From: an uncultured delta proteobacterium
GTDB lineage: Bacteria > Myxococcota_A > Polyangia > Polyangiales > Polyangiaceae
Length of the DNA stretch: 64,000 nt
Assembly (NCBI GenBank): GCA_963841435.1
Contig: CAWJCS010000001.1
Coordinates: forward strand, 96,001 to 160,000
Direction of reading: 5' to 3'
Shown one piece after another: positions 33,073 through 42,801 of the stretch. Position 1 is the first letter of the stretch. Each line of letters starts with the position of its first letter. The translations under genes and the position numbers were made by a program. The notes under the pieces are model-generated. The model worked only from the letters and a program-made list of their open reading frames with translations, was not told where the DNA came from and searched no databases.

Positions 33073-35819
33073 GCCCGCGTGGGCGCCGCCTTCTGTATTG
33101 GCTCGGGGCGCTCGCGCTCGGGGTGCTGCTCGTCGTCGGCTACCGAACCTTGATGGGCGCGGCGGGCGGTGGCTCGCTCGCGTGGGCGCGCGGCGGCATC
33201 CACTACGAGCTCGTCCAGCCCGGCGTGCTCGCCGTGCTCTTCGTCCTGCCCATTTTCGTGCTCGTCCTGTCGCGCTCGCTCGCGGACCTGCCGCTCGCGC
33301 AGCGCCTGCTCGCGCTCGTGTTTCGCTTCGCGTTCTTCGCGTTGCTCGCGCTCGCTCTCGCGCGGCTCGTGCGCACCGAGGACGCCCACAACGTCGCCAC
33401 GGTCGTGCTCGTGGACGTGAGCGATTCGGTTTCGGACGAGGCGCTCTCCGACGCCAAAAAGAGCGTCGAGGGCTTCTTCGCGGCGCGCGGCCCAAAGGAC
33501 GTCATGCGCCTCGTCACGTTCGCGAAGCGTCCACGCCTCGTCGACCTCGAGAAGGACGGGAAGCTCGTCTGGCCCGGCAGCTTGCGTCACGGAGTGCGCG
33601 GCTCGCCCGCGAGCGCCGCCACCAACGTGCAGACGGCGTTCGAGCTCGCTTACGGCCTTTTTCCACCGGGGCGCCTCAAGCGCCTCGTGCTCCTCAGCGA
33701 CGGCGTCGAGACGGAGGGCGACCTCTTGTCGGAGGCGGCGCGGGCGCGCGAGCTCGGCGTGCGCGTGCACACGCTGCCGTACCGGCGCCCGCCGCCCGCC
33801 GAGGTGGCGGTCGTGGCGTTGCGGCTGCCCGGCAAGGTCGACGTGGGGCAAGCCTTCGACGTGTCGGCCGACGTGTACGCGAGCCGGGCGGGCAAGGCCC
33901 GGGTCCGGCTCTACCAGGGCGAGGCGCTGAACGGTCTCGACGGCGTACGCGAGGTGAGCCTCCGCCCTGGCATGAACGAGATCACCTTCAAGTCCGTGGT
34001 GCGGGTCGGCGGGGAGCTCACCTACGAGCTCAAGCTCGAGCCGCTCACGCCGGACGAGTTTTCCGCGAACAACGCCTACGTCGCGACCCTGGACGTGCCG
34101 GGGCGGCCTACCGTGCTCTACGTCGAGGGGCAGCCATCGCGCGCCCACTATCTCCAGGGCGCGCTCGCCGCGCAGCAATTCGACGTCGACGTACGCGCCG
34201 CGGCCTCCTTCCCCGCGACGCTCCGCGAGCTCGAGCGCTACGACTTCGTGATCGTCTCCGACGTGCCGCGCGAGGGGCTGAACCCCGCAGCCCAGGAGCT
34301 CGTCGAGAAGTACGTGCGCGACCTCGGCGGCGGCTTCCTGTTCGCGGGCGGCGACTCGGGGTTCGGGCTCGGCGGCTGGGGCCACACCACCTTCGAGCGC
34401 CTGCTCCCCGTGCGCATGGACACCGAGCGTCGCAAGGAAATGCCCGATGTCGCGATGGCTCTGGTCATCGATCGGTCAGGCTCGATGACGGGTCTGCCCA
34501 TGGAGATGGCGAAGGCTGCCTGCATCGCGACGCTCAGCGCGCTAAGGCCCGACGATCTGCTCGAGGTGGTCGCATTCGACTCCACACCGAGTCGCTACGT
34601 GAAGCTTCAGCCGGCTCGCTATCGGAGCCGTATCGAGAGCGACGTCGAGCGCATCCAGCCCGGCGGCGGCACCGTGATCTTCGAGAGCCTCGACATGGCC
34701 TACCAGGATCTTTCGGTCGTCCGTGCGCGGCGCAAGCACGTTATTTTGCTCACCGATGGCCAAGCGTCGCCCCAGGGTATTCGCGAGCTGACGCAGGCCA
34801 TGGTCGCCTCCTCGATCACCGTCACGACGGTGGGCCTCGGCGAGGGCGTCAATCAGGAGCTCTTGCGCACGATCGCCGACGCGGGCGGCGGCCGCTTCCA
34901 CTACGTGCCCGACCCCAACAGCCTGCCCAAGATCTTCACGCGCGAGACCGAGCTCGTCTCCGAGCAGGCGGGCGTGGAGGAATGGTTTCCCGTGACGCAG
35001 GTGGGCCCCGCGGATTTCTTGAAAGGCATCGCCATCGGCTCGGCGCCTCTGCTCCACGGCTACGTCGCGACGGATCTCAAGCCGCCGCCCGCGCAGTCGA
35101 TCCTCGAAAGCGACCGCGGCGACCCCATCCTCGCACGCTGGCGCGCGGGGCTCGGCTGGGCCATCGCCTGGACGAGCGACGTGAAGAACCACTGGGCTTC
35201 GGAGTGGCTCGGCTGGTCCGGCTACACGAAATTCTGGGGCCAGCTCGTGCGCGAGCACATGCGCCAGAATCGCCGTCAGGAGCTCGACATGACCACCGAC
35301 GTGCACGGCTCGCACGTTCGCGCCACGGTCGACGCCTTCACCGCCGACGAGCGTTTCGACGACGGGCTCGAGTCGTCGCTCGTCGTGAGCCGCCCGGACA
35401 AGCCGAAGGAGCGTCGCGAGCTTGCCATGCGTCAGGTCGCCCCGGGTCGCTACCAGGCGGAGTTCGACCTCTCCGGGTACGGCTCGTATCTGTTGCGCGC
35501 GCAGCATGCTCGTCGCGATCGCGACGGCACGAAGAAGGCCTTCGCGACGAGCGTCGCGCACGTGTCCAACCCCTACCCGCTAGAGTACGCGAGCTTCGAG
35601 GCCGACATCGACAAGCTGCGCCGCGCCGCTCTCGTCGGCGGTGGCGTGCTCGACCCCGCGCCGAAGGTGCCCTTCGATCCCGGCGACGAGAAGATCAGCT
35701 ACCAGCGCGATCTGTGGGACCGCTTCGTGCTCGCGGCGATCGTCGCCTTCCTGCTCGACCTCTTGGTGCGTCGCGTCAGGATTTTCGATCGCAAGGCCGT
35801 GCTCGTCGAGAGAAAATAA
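33069..35819 (+). CDS. Membrane protein with two vWA domains and a GATase1-like domain
   Basis: DVSDS and DRSGSM MIDAS motifs, LSDG/LTDG, GGGFLFAGG..FGLGG..LLPV, W..W..Y.KFW; TTGA coupling. Confidence 0.88.
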   Translation: MSPRGRRLLYWLGALALGVLLVVGYRTLMGAAGGGSLAWARGGIHYELVQPGVLAVLFVLPIFVLVLSRSLADLPLAQRLLALVFRFAFFALLALALARLVRTEDAHNVATVVLVDVSDSVSDEALSDAKKSVEGFFAARGPKDVMRLVTFAKRPRLVDLEKDGKLVWPGSLRHGVRGSPASAATNVQTAFELAYGLFPPGRLKRLVLLSDGVETEGDLLSEAARARELGVRVHTLPYRRPPPAEVAVVALRLPGKVDVGQAFDVSADVYASRAGKARVRLYQGEALNGLDGVREVSLRPGMNEITFKSVVRVGGELTYELKLEPLTPDEFSANNAYVATLDVPGRPTVLYVEGQPSRAHYLQGALAAQQFDVDVRAAASFPATLRELERYDFVIVSDVPREGLNPAAQELVEKYVRDLGGGFLFAGGDSGFGLGGWGHTTFERLLPVRMDTERRKEMPDVAMALVIDRSGSMTGLPMEMAKAACIATLSALRPDDLLEVVAFDSTPSRYVKLQPARYRSRIESDVERIQPGGGTVIFESLDMAYQDLSVVRARRKHVILLTDGQASPQGIRELTQAMVASSITVTTVGLGEGVNQELLRTIADAGGGRFHYVPDPNSLPKIFTRETELVSEQAGVEEWFPVTQVGPADFLKGIAIGSAPLLHGYVATDLKPPPAQSILESDRGDPILARWRAGLGWAIAWTSDVKNHWASEWLGWSGYTKFWGQLVREHMRQNRRQELDMTTDVHGSHVRATVDAFTADERFDDGLESSLVVSRPDKPKERRELAMRQVAPGRYQAEFDLSGYGSYLLRAQHARRDRDGTKKAFATSVAHVSNPYPLEYASFEADIDKLRRAALVGGGVLDPAPKVPFDPGDEKISYQRDLWDRFVLAAIVAFLLDLLVRRVRIFDRKAVLVERK

Positions 35820-35890
35820 GCGGCGCACCGCCGTCCGGTGCGCGCGATCCCGCGCCGCGCCGCGCCGCGTCTTTCGACGTTCGCGCCGCG

Positions 35891-36280
35891 TCACGCGGGC
35901 GCGTGGCACACGACCTCGACGTTGTGACCGTCGGGATCGAGCACGAACGCGCCGTAGTAGTTCTGGTGGTAGTGCGGGCGGGGGCCAGGCGGTCCGTTGT
36001 CGCGCCCGCCGGCCGCGATCGCGGCCCGGTAGAATGCGTCGACGAGCTCTCGCTTGCCGACTCCGAAGGCGACGTGAACGTGCGGCGCGTTGGGCGCGCC
36101 CTGCGCGAGCCAAAAGTCCGGCTTTTTCGTGGCAAGCTCGCCGAACCCCGCCACGTCCCTCCCCACCTGGGCCGCACTGAGCTCCATGAGCACGCCGTAA
36201 CCGATGGGCGCGAGCGCTGCCTCGTAGAACGCCTTGCTCTTCTGAAAATTGCTAGCGTTGAACCCCGTGTGATCGATCAT
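35891..36280 (-). CDS. VOC (glyoxalase/bleomycin resistance) family protein
   Basis: MIDH, HVAF, GGRDNGPPGPR..YYGAFVLDPDGHNVE. Confidence 0.93.
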   Translation of the reverse strand: MIDHTGFNASNFQKSKAFYEAALAPIGYGVLMELSAAQVGRDVAGFGELATKKPDFWLAQGAPNAPHVHVAFGVGKRELVDAFYRAAIAAGGRDNGPPGPRPHYHQNYYGAFVLDPDGHNVEVVCHAPA

Positions 36281-36394
36281 GGCTTTTCGATCGGTCGGGC
36301 CCGGCGTGCCGTCAAGGGAGCGGCGCAACAGGCATGCTCTTCCGAGGTACCGCGCCTGGCTCTCGCAAGCCTCGCATGGTAAGGATTGCACCGG

Positions 36395-37267
36395 GTGGCG
36401 AGGCGCTTGGGCAACACGGTCGCATCGAAGCTCCGAGCGCGCTTCGTGCTGGCCGCGCGCGCGGCGTGGCTCGTCGCCCTCGTGCTCGGCGCTGGGCTCG
36501 CGAGCCAGGCCTGTGGTGCGCGCACCGACCTCTACCTCGACGAAATGGTCCCCGTCGAAGAGGACGTCCCCTGTGAGGAAGGCGACATCGCGCCCTGCGG
36601 CAGCGACGTGGGGGCATGCCACAAGGGGCAGCGCGTCTGCGTGGACGGCCTGCTCGGCCCCTGCGAGGGAGGTGTCGGCCCGACGGTGGAGACGTGCAAC
36701 GGCCTCGACGACGATTGCGACGGAAGCGTCGACGAGGGGTTCGGCCTCGGCGAGGCTTGTGACGGCGCCGACTCGGACCTTTGCAAGGACGACGTGATGA
36801 CCTGCGCGGGCTGCTCCCGGGGTCCGGACACGCTCGAGGTTTGCAACGGCGTCAACGACGACTGCGACGGCATCATCGACTCGGATTGCGAGGCCGGAAG
36901 CTGTAGCCCCACGTTGAACGTGACGGGCTCGCAGCCGTCCGAACCGAGCTGCGTCGACTTCCCCGTCCAGCGCGGGAGCGCGGGGACCATCAACTACCCT
37001 TGCGGGGGCGGACCCGTCACCGCCACCCTCGGCAGCGTCTCGTTCTCGGGCTCGGTCGACGGGGGTTTCGTGTCGCTCGAGGGCACCGAGATCATCGGCA
37101 GCGACCGGAGCCCGGACGGCTGCGTCTGGCAGACGGGGCACCGCATCTTCGGCGACGTAAGCTCCGGCATGCTCTCCTACGAGTACACCGAGATTTTCAT
37201 CGAGGGCGTGAACTGCTGGCGGCCCTGCACCGAGTCCGGCACCGTCGCGCTTTCGTGGACGCGCTGA
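36395..37267 (+). CDS. Cys/Asp-rich lipoprotein with CNGLDDDCDG-type repeats
   Basis: SQAC lipobox; ETCNGLDDDCDGSVDE and EVCNGVNDDCDGIID; AAGGA upstream; start uncertain. Confidence 0.8.
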   Translation: MARRLGNTVASKLRARFVLAARAAWLVALVLGAGLASQACGARTDLYLDEMVPVEEDVPCEEGDIAPCGSDVGACHKGQRVCVDGLLGPCEGGVGPTVETCNGLDDDCDGSVDEGFGLGEACDGADSDLCKDDVMTCAGCSRGPDTLEVCNGVNDDCDGIIDSDCEAGSCSPTLNVTGSQPSEPSCVDFPVQRGSAGTINYPCGGGPVTATLGSVSFSGSVDGGFVSLEGTEIIGSDRSPDGCVWQTGHRIFGDVSSGMLSYEYTEIFIEGVNCWRPCTESGTVALSWTR

Positions 37268-37370
37268 GCTCGCCGGGGCCACCCGCCGGCGCGCGGCGTT
37301 TCACACCTTTGTCTCTCGCGAGCTTGCGCTACCGTTCGCTCATGTCAGCCGCACGCTATCAAGGTGGACC

Positions 37371-38054
37371 ATGAGCAAGACGGCGCTCGTCGCCGGGGCA
37401 GGCGGTGCGCTCGGCTCCGCCATCTGTCGAGAGCTTGGCGCACGCGGATACCGCGTGCTCGGCGCGTCGCGGCACAGAGGTCGCCTTTCGTCCGAGCTTG
37501 GTGACCTCGCGGAGCCCGTCGAGATGGAGCTCGGTTCACCAGCGTCCGTTGCTGCCGCTCTGGCCGCCGCCGGTCGCGTCGATGTGCTCGTCTACAATGC
37601 CGCGAAGCTCGTCTTGGCACCGCTCGGCGAGACCACGCCCGCGGCGTTCGAGGAAAGCTTTCGTGTCAATGCGTTCGGTGCGTTCGCTTGCGCTCGTGAG
37701 CTCGCCCCTCAAATGGTGGAGCGCGGTGAGGGTGGGATGGTGTTCGTCGGCGCGACGGGATCGGTGAGGGGCGGCGCGCGCAGTCACGCCTTCGCGTCGT
37801 CCAAGCACGCGCTGCGCGGCCTCGCCCATAGTCTCGCCAAGGAGCTTGGCCCACGCGGGGTTCACGTGGCTCATCTGATCATCGACGGCAAGATCTGGGG
37901 CCCGCGCACGCTCGAGCGCTTTCCGGGCACGGTGCGCGAGCAATGCATCGAGCCCGCCGAGGTCGCGCGGACCATCGCCACGCTGCTCGCTCAGCCCCCT
38001 TCGGCGTGGACTTTCGAGATGGACCTCCGGCCGTCCGTCGAGAAATGGTCGTAG
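37371..38054 (+). CDS. Short-chain dehydrogenase/reductase (atypical, FxxxK)
   Basis: AGAGGALG, YNAA, GATGS, FASSK, GVHVAHLIIDG. Confidence 0.9.
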   Translation: MSKTALVAGAGGALGSAICRELGARGYRVLGASRHRGRLSSELGDLAEPVEMELGSPASVAAALAAAGRVDVLVYNAAKLVLAPLGETTPAAFEESFRVNAFGAFACARELAPQMVERGEGGMVFVGATGSVRGGARSHAFASSKHALRGLAHSLAKELGPRGVHVAHLIIDGKIWGPRTLERFPGTVREQCIEPAEVARTIATLLAQPPSAWTFEMDLRPSVEKWS

Positions 38055-38244
38055 CTCAAATGAATTTCCGCGGCGGAGCGGTTCTCGCGCAGGGCTGAAA
38101 AATGTCTGGTAAATTGGAAGGTTGGAGACTTCCGAGCCTCTCCGGTCGAATCGGTCTCTTGCGCGGATCGCGCCCGGAATCATCGCAGAATGCTCCCGAG
38201 CGGGGGTGGTGATGGGCGAACCAATAGGGTGTAAAGTCCGCCGG

Positions 38245-38832
38245 ATGGCCGTTCCAGAGGGTGCTCGGAGGATGTTGGCGCGGCTCGCGCTGCTGGCTCT
38301 CGTCACTTCGGCGTGCGGCGGGGCCCAGCCCGCTGCCACGAGCGCCGACGACGCGTCGGCCGACGATGTCTCGCAAGGTGACGGCGAGCAGCCCGAGAGC
38401 TCGAGCTCGAGCGAGCCCGACGACAACGTGCGTGAACGCGGAGGGCTCAAGTCGGCCACCGGTGGTCCCGCGCCCGAGGCGCTTGCCGGTGACGCCACGC
38501 ACGCCGTGCTGCAGCTCGTCATCGACGACCCCGAGCTCGACCCGTACCTCAAGCTCGGCGAGCCCGGTCGGTTCCCGCTCAAGCTTTCCGGCAGCGGGGT
38601 GCCCCAGGGCGTCGAGCTCGTGAAGTCGACGAAGCCCGTGGTCATCGTCGCTGCGCCGTCCTCGAAGACGGACCCGGTGCTCGTCATCACCGATCTCGAG
38701 GTGAGCGAAAACGCTGCGACGGTGAGCTATCGCTACGACATCGAGGGCATCCGCGGGACCGCTCATCTGAAGAAGGGACCGCAGGGCTGGGAGCTGACGC
38801 GAAGCCGGATCGTCGAGCACTACTCGAAGTAG
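38245..38832 (+). CDS. Hypothetical lipoprotein
   Basis: TSAC lipobox; acidic linker; compact C-terminal domain; start uncertain (38245 or 38272). Confidence 0.7.
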   Translation: MAVPEGARRMLARLALLALVTSACGGAQPAATSADDASADDVSQGDGEQPESSSSSEPDDNVRERGGLKSATGGPAPEALAGDATHAVLQLVIDDPELDPYLKLGEPGRFPLKLSGSGVPQGVELVKSTKPVVIVAAPSSKTDPVLVITDLEVSENAATVSYRYDIEGIRGTAHLKKGPQGWELTRSRIVEHYSK

Positions 38833-38895
38833 CGAGCCGACAATTGCTCCGTTTCGCTTTGTACCTGTGTTAGTGCGTGTGCCCGAGACAGAGCC

Positions 38896-40491
38896 ATGAA
38901 GCGATCTCGACTGATCGGGCGGGCCATTCCTTTCGTGTTCTCGGCGGTCCTCGTGCAAAGCGCGTGGGCCCAAGCTCCGACCGCCGCACCGCCCGCGGCG
39001 CCACCACCCAAACCCGCGGCGCCACCACCCAAGCCTGCGGTGCCGGCGCCCGCACCCGCTGCGCCAGCCCCCGCGCCGACGGCGCCGTCGCCCGTCGCCC
39101 CGGGTCCCGCGGCGCCGTCGCCCGTCGCTCCCGCCACGGCGCCGGCTCCGCCCGCCGAAACGCCCGCGCCCGCCGAGCCGGTCCCGGCGGCTCCTGCCCC
39201 CGTCAAGCCCGTCGAGCCCGAGCCCGTCATCATGGCCGAGCCCGTGCTCCATCCCGTCCCGCCCGAGCCGGACTCGTTGCCCTGGTACGACTCGATCGAG
39301 CTTCGCGCCTTCGTCGATGGCTACTTCGGCCTGAACTACGATTTTCCAAAGCCGCAGACCGGCGCCAACGGCGTCACGCGCGCGTACGATACCGAGAACG
39401 GCTTTGCCATTGCCTGGGCCGGCCTCGATGCGGCGTACCCCGCCGAGCCCGTCGGCGGGACGATCTCGCTCAGACTCGGGCCGTCGGCCCAGCGCATCGG
39501 TCGAAGCTGCCTCACAGCGGCTGACGACCCGCCGGGGGTCTGCGACGACGAGGTGAATCTCAGCAACCTCAAGCAGGCCTTCGGCTCGTGGCGGCCGGGC
39601 GGCGCAGGAGGTCCGGTCGAGCTCAGCCTGGGGAAATTCGACACGATCTACGGAGCCGAGGTCGCGGAGAGTCAGGACGACCTGAACTACACGCGCGGCG
39701 TCGTGTACTGGTTCGCGCAGCCACTCTTCCACACCGGCCTCAGGGTGACGGCCGACCTCACCGACGAGCTCACGCTGCGCGGGCTGCTCGTGAACGGCTA
39801 CAACAACACGATCGACAACAACCTCGGCAAGGACCTCGGGCTGCAGCTCGTCTTCAACCTGCCGCGGAGCGACTACGGTGGGACGTTGCTTTCCGTGTCG
39901 CTCGGCTACCTCGGTGGGCCGGAACGCGCGGACTACAAGGTCGTGCGATGCGGTGTCGGGCAGCACTTCGATCCTGCTGCCGAGCTGGGCTGCGCCGCCG
40001 ACGTTCCGACCACGCCCAGTGACGCGCCGCGCACGGGGCAGGTGGACCGCCCGGCCACGAACGTCCAGGGCCTGAGACACCTGCTCGATCTCGTGGCGAC
40101 GCTGACACCGACCGACGCCTTCACGCTGCTGTTCAACGGGGATCTCGGCGTCGAGCGCGTGCGGAGCGCGGAGGACGAGCAGCGCTTCGTCCAGCACGTC
40201 TTTTGGGGCGGTATGCTCGGCGCTCGCTACGCGTTCAACGACGTCTTCGCGCTCGCCGCCCGCGGCGAGTACTTCAGTGACCCGGACGGCGTCGCTACCG
40301 GCTTCTCCCCGAACGACATCAAGCTCGTCACGGGAACGCTCACGCTCGACGTGCGACCCGCCGACTTCCTCCTCGTCCGCCTCGACAATCGCATCGACTG
40401 GTCGAACAAGGAAATCTTCCACAAATCGGTGCGCGATCTCACGGGCGTGATGCCCACGACGACGCTCGGCGTCATCGTGACCACGGACTGA
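38896..40491 (+). CDS. Outer-membrane beta-barrel porin (BBP2/DUF1597-like) with Pro-rich N-terminus
   Basis: Signal peptide; FVDGYF, LKQAF, GKFDT..GAEVAES..NYTR, PLFHTG, RGEYFSD. Confidence 0.82.
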   Translation: MKRSRLIGRAIPFVFSAVLVQSAWAQAPTAAPPAAPPPKPAAPPPKPAVPAPAPAAPAPAPTAPSPVAPGPAAPSPVAPATAPAPPAETPAPAEPVPAAPAPVKPVEPEPVIMAEPVLHPVPPEPDSLPWYDSIELRAFVDGYFGLNYDFPKPQTGANGVTRAYDTENGFAIAWAGLDAAYPAEPVGGTISLRLGPSAQRIGRSCLTAADDPPGVCDDEVNLSNLKQAFGSWRPGGAGGPVELSLGKFDTIYGAEVAESQDDLNYTRGVVYWFAQPLFHTGLRVTADLTDELTLRGLLVNGYNNTIDNNLGKDLGLQLVFNLPRSDYGGTLLSVSLGYLGGPERADYKVVRCGVGQHFDPAAELGCAADVPTTPSDAPRTGQVDRPATNVQGLRHLLDLVATLTPTDAFTLLFNGDLGVERVRSAEDEQRFVQHVFWGGMLGARYAFNDVFALAARGEYFSDPDGVATGFSPNDIKLVTGTLTLDVRPADFLLVRLDNRIDWSNKEIFHKSVRDLTGVMPTTTLGVIVTTD

Positions 40492-40522
40492 GCATCGCCC
40501 TCGGGCGTGCTATACCCCCGGC

Positions 40523-41422
40523 GTGTCGACCGCCCGGCCTTCCCGCATCGGAGAGCTCGAGTCCGCCATCGATCAGGTAGTCTCGAGCTACGACGGCGGC
40601 GAAGAGATCAACAACCTCGAGAGCGCGGCGCTGCCCAACAAGCGCGCCGTCATTCAGGCGCTGAACCACCTGAAGCCCGTCATCTACATGGGCTTTTACA
40701 GTCAGCGCTCGTTGACGCGCGAGAGCCTGCGCTACGGCGTGAGCGAGCACCTTTATCCGGCCTACGAGGCGCTCGTCGAACAGATCGGTCGCGCCGTGAC
40801 CTACGAGGAGCGCGTACGGGGGCAGCCGCCGCGCGACGTGGGCTGGCCCGAAGAGGTCGTGCTGCGCCTGTTTGGGTGCATCCCGGAGCTCCGGCGCGTC
40901 CTCAACGCCGACGTGCTCGCCGCCTACGAGGGCGACCCGGCCGCGAGCAGCATCGAAGAGATCGTGTTCAGCTACCCGGCCGTCGAGGCGATCACCGATC
41001 ATCGCCTCGCGCATGCCCTGCACCAGGAGGGCGTTCCGATCATTCCGCGCATCATCGCGTACCACGCGCACGAGCGCACCGGCGTCAACATCCACCCTGG
41101 CGCGACCATCGCGCAGGGGTTCTTCATGGACCACGCCACGGGCGTCGTGATCGGCGAGACGGCGGTCATCGGGCGAAACGTGAAAATTTATCAAGGCGTC
41201 ACGCTCGGGGCGGTCAGCACGCGGCGCACCGAGGTCGATCAGCCGGTCGCGCGCAAGCGCCACCCCACGATCGAGGACGGCGTGACGATCTACGCTGGCG
41301 CGACGATCCTCGGCGGCGACACGGTGATCGGTCGGGGCTCGGTGATCGGCGGCAACGTCTGGCTCACGAAGTCCGTGCCGCCCGGTTCGAAGATCTTCGG
41401 TCGCGCCCGCGAAGGCGAGTGA
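40523..41422 (+). CDS. cysE: Serine O-acetyltransferase
   Basis: GDPAA..EIVFSYP, HRLAH, IHPGA, DHATGVVIGET, YQGVTLG, KRHPT. Confidence 0.95.
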   Translation: MSTARPSRIGELESAIDQVVSSYDGGEEINNLESAALPNKRAVIQALNHLKPVIYMGFYSQRSLTRESLRYGVSEHLYPAYEALVEQIGRAVTYEERVRGQPPRDVGWPEEVVLRLFGCIPELRRVLNADVLAAYEGDPAASSIEEIVFSYPAVEAITDHRLAHALHQEGVPIIPRIIAYHAHERTGVNIHPGATIAQGFFMDHATGVVIGETAVIGRNVKIYQGVTLGAVSTRRTEVDQPVARKRHPTIEDGVTIYAGATILGGDTVIGRGSVIGGNVWLTKSVPPGSKIFGRAREGE

Positions 41423-41429
41423 GCGGTCT

Positions 41430-41442
41430 CCCCCGAGGGGGG
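41430..41442. terminator. Short hairpin between the convergent cysE and epimerase stops
   Basis: CCCCC-GA-GGGGGG inverted repeat in a 22-bp gap. Confidence 0.3.
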
Positions 41443-41444
41443 CG

Positions 41445-42169
41445 TCATCTCTCGACGCGGAACGGCAGACCGGCCGGAAAACGTCGCGCGGCTCCCAGCC
41501 GAGCAGCCGCTTGGCGGGCTCGAGATCGAAAGCGTCCACGCTTTCGGGGCCCACGGCGTAAAGGACGCAGAAGGGGAGCGATGCGACTTCCACCGCCGCC
41601 GCCATGAAACGCCCGACGTCACCGCGGCTCAAGTACGCGTTGAAGTAGCCGATGCGCTTCATCTGCTCGGCCTCGTGTTCGTTGCGCACCATCCAGCCGA
41701 TGCGCACGGCGGCGATACTCATGCCGTGGCGCCGCGCGTAGAACGCGCCGAGCTCTTCGGCCCAGAGCTTGGTGAGCGCATAGAGATTGCCCGGCTTTCG
41801 CACCGCGGCATCGAGGCGGTGGCCCGGCTCGCGGGGTCCCGCGACTTGCACCGAGCTGGCGAGCACGACCCGGCCCACGCCGTGCTCGCGCGCGGCTTCG
41901 AGCACGTGATGGACCCCGAGCAGGTTCGGGCCCGACAGCGTCTCAATCGGCGCGTCATTCGGCTCGGCGGCGAGGTGCACGACGGCCGTCATCCCGGCGA
42001 CCGCCCGGCGCACCGTGTCCGCGTCGGCGATGTCGCCGACGACGGCGTCGGCGAGCTCCGGGGTGGGAACGCGGTCGAACCCGCGCACGACATGGCCCCG
42101 CCGCACGAGCTCCTCCCACACGGGGCGCCCGACGGCGCCAGCCGAGCCTGTCACGAGCACGCGGTGCAT
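41445..42169 (-). CDS. NAD-dependent epimerase/dehydratase (uronate-dehydrogenase-like); 1-bp frameshift near 41478
   Basis: TGSAGAVG, HLAA, ASS, YALTK; restoring one base gives ...DVFPAGLPFRVER* with the stop at 41445. Confidence 0.8.
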
Positions 42170-42199
42170 CGAATGCGCTAGGGTCCCTCCTACCACGTC

Positions 42200-42801
42200 G
42201 TGACAGAGAGCGAGAAAGCCTGGCTCGTGGACCTCGATGGGACGCTCTACGCCGCTGCCCCCGTGAAGGTTTGCATGGCCCTCGAGCTTCTGGTCGCGGG
42301 GCTCGGCTCGGCGCGCACGCTGCGGCGCTTTCGCCACGAGCACGAAGCCGTGCGGGCCCTCGCCGCGGAGGGCGACCCGTTCCGCCAGCAGCTCGAGCGC
42401 ACCGCCGCGGCCCTCGGCTCGAGCCCCGCCGAGGTCGAGGCGACGGTGCGCGCCTGGATGATCGAGCGACCCGGCAAGTGGCTCAGGCTCTTTCGACGCT
42501 CGTCGCTGCTCGCCGAGGAATCCGCGACTTTCGGGGGCGAGGCGGGCGCACCGCGCTCGTCAGTGACTACCCGGCGAGGGACAAGCTCAGGGCCATCGGC
42601 TCGCTCGAGCTCTTCGAGGTGGTCGTGGCGTCCGGCGAGCCCGGCGGCCCCCTGCGCCTCAAGCCCGACCCGAGTGGCATGTTGCGCGCCGCGGAGGCGC
42701 TCGGTGTCGCGCCGGCAGAGTGCCTCGTGATTGGCGACCGCGAAGACGCGGACGGCGCCGCGGCCCGCGCGGCCGGCATGACGTTCAGGAGGGTCGGCTG
42801 A
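42200..42801 (+). CDS. HAD-superfamily hydrolase; 1-bp frameshift near 42520
   Basis: DLDGTL motif I in one frame; VSD, KPDP and IGDREDAD in the next frame. Confidence 0.82.

Noticed and set aside
33011..36382. 1123-aa alternative-frame ORF and many other long overlapping or antisense ORFs
   Set aside because: Arg/Ala/Pro-rich shadow frames expected at this GC content; motif-bearing genes occupy other frames
40472..42343. Apparent 623-aa epimerase fusion overlapping cysE in antisense
   Set aside because: Explained by a 1-bp frameshift near 41478; the restored frame stops at 41445
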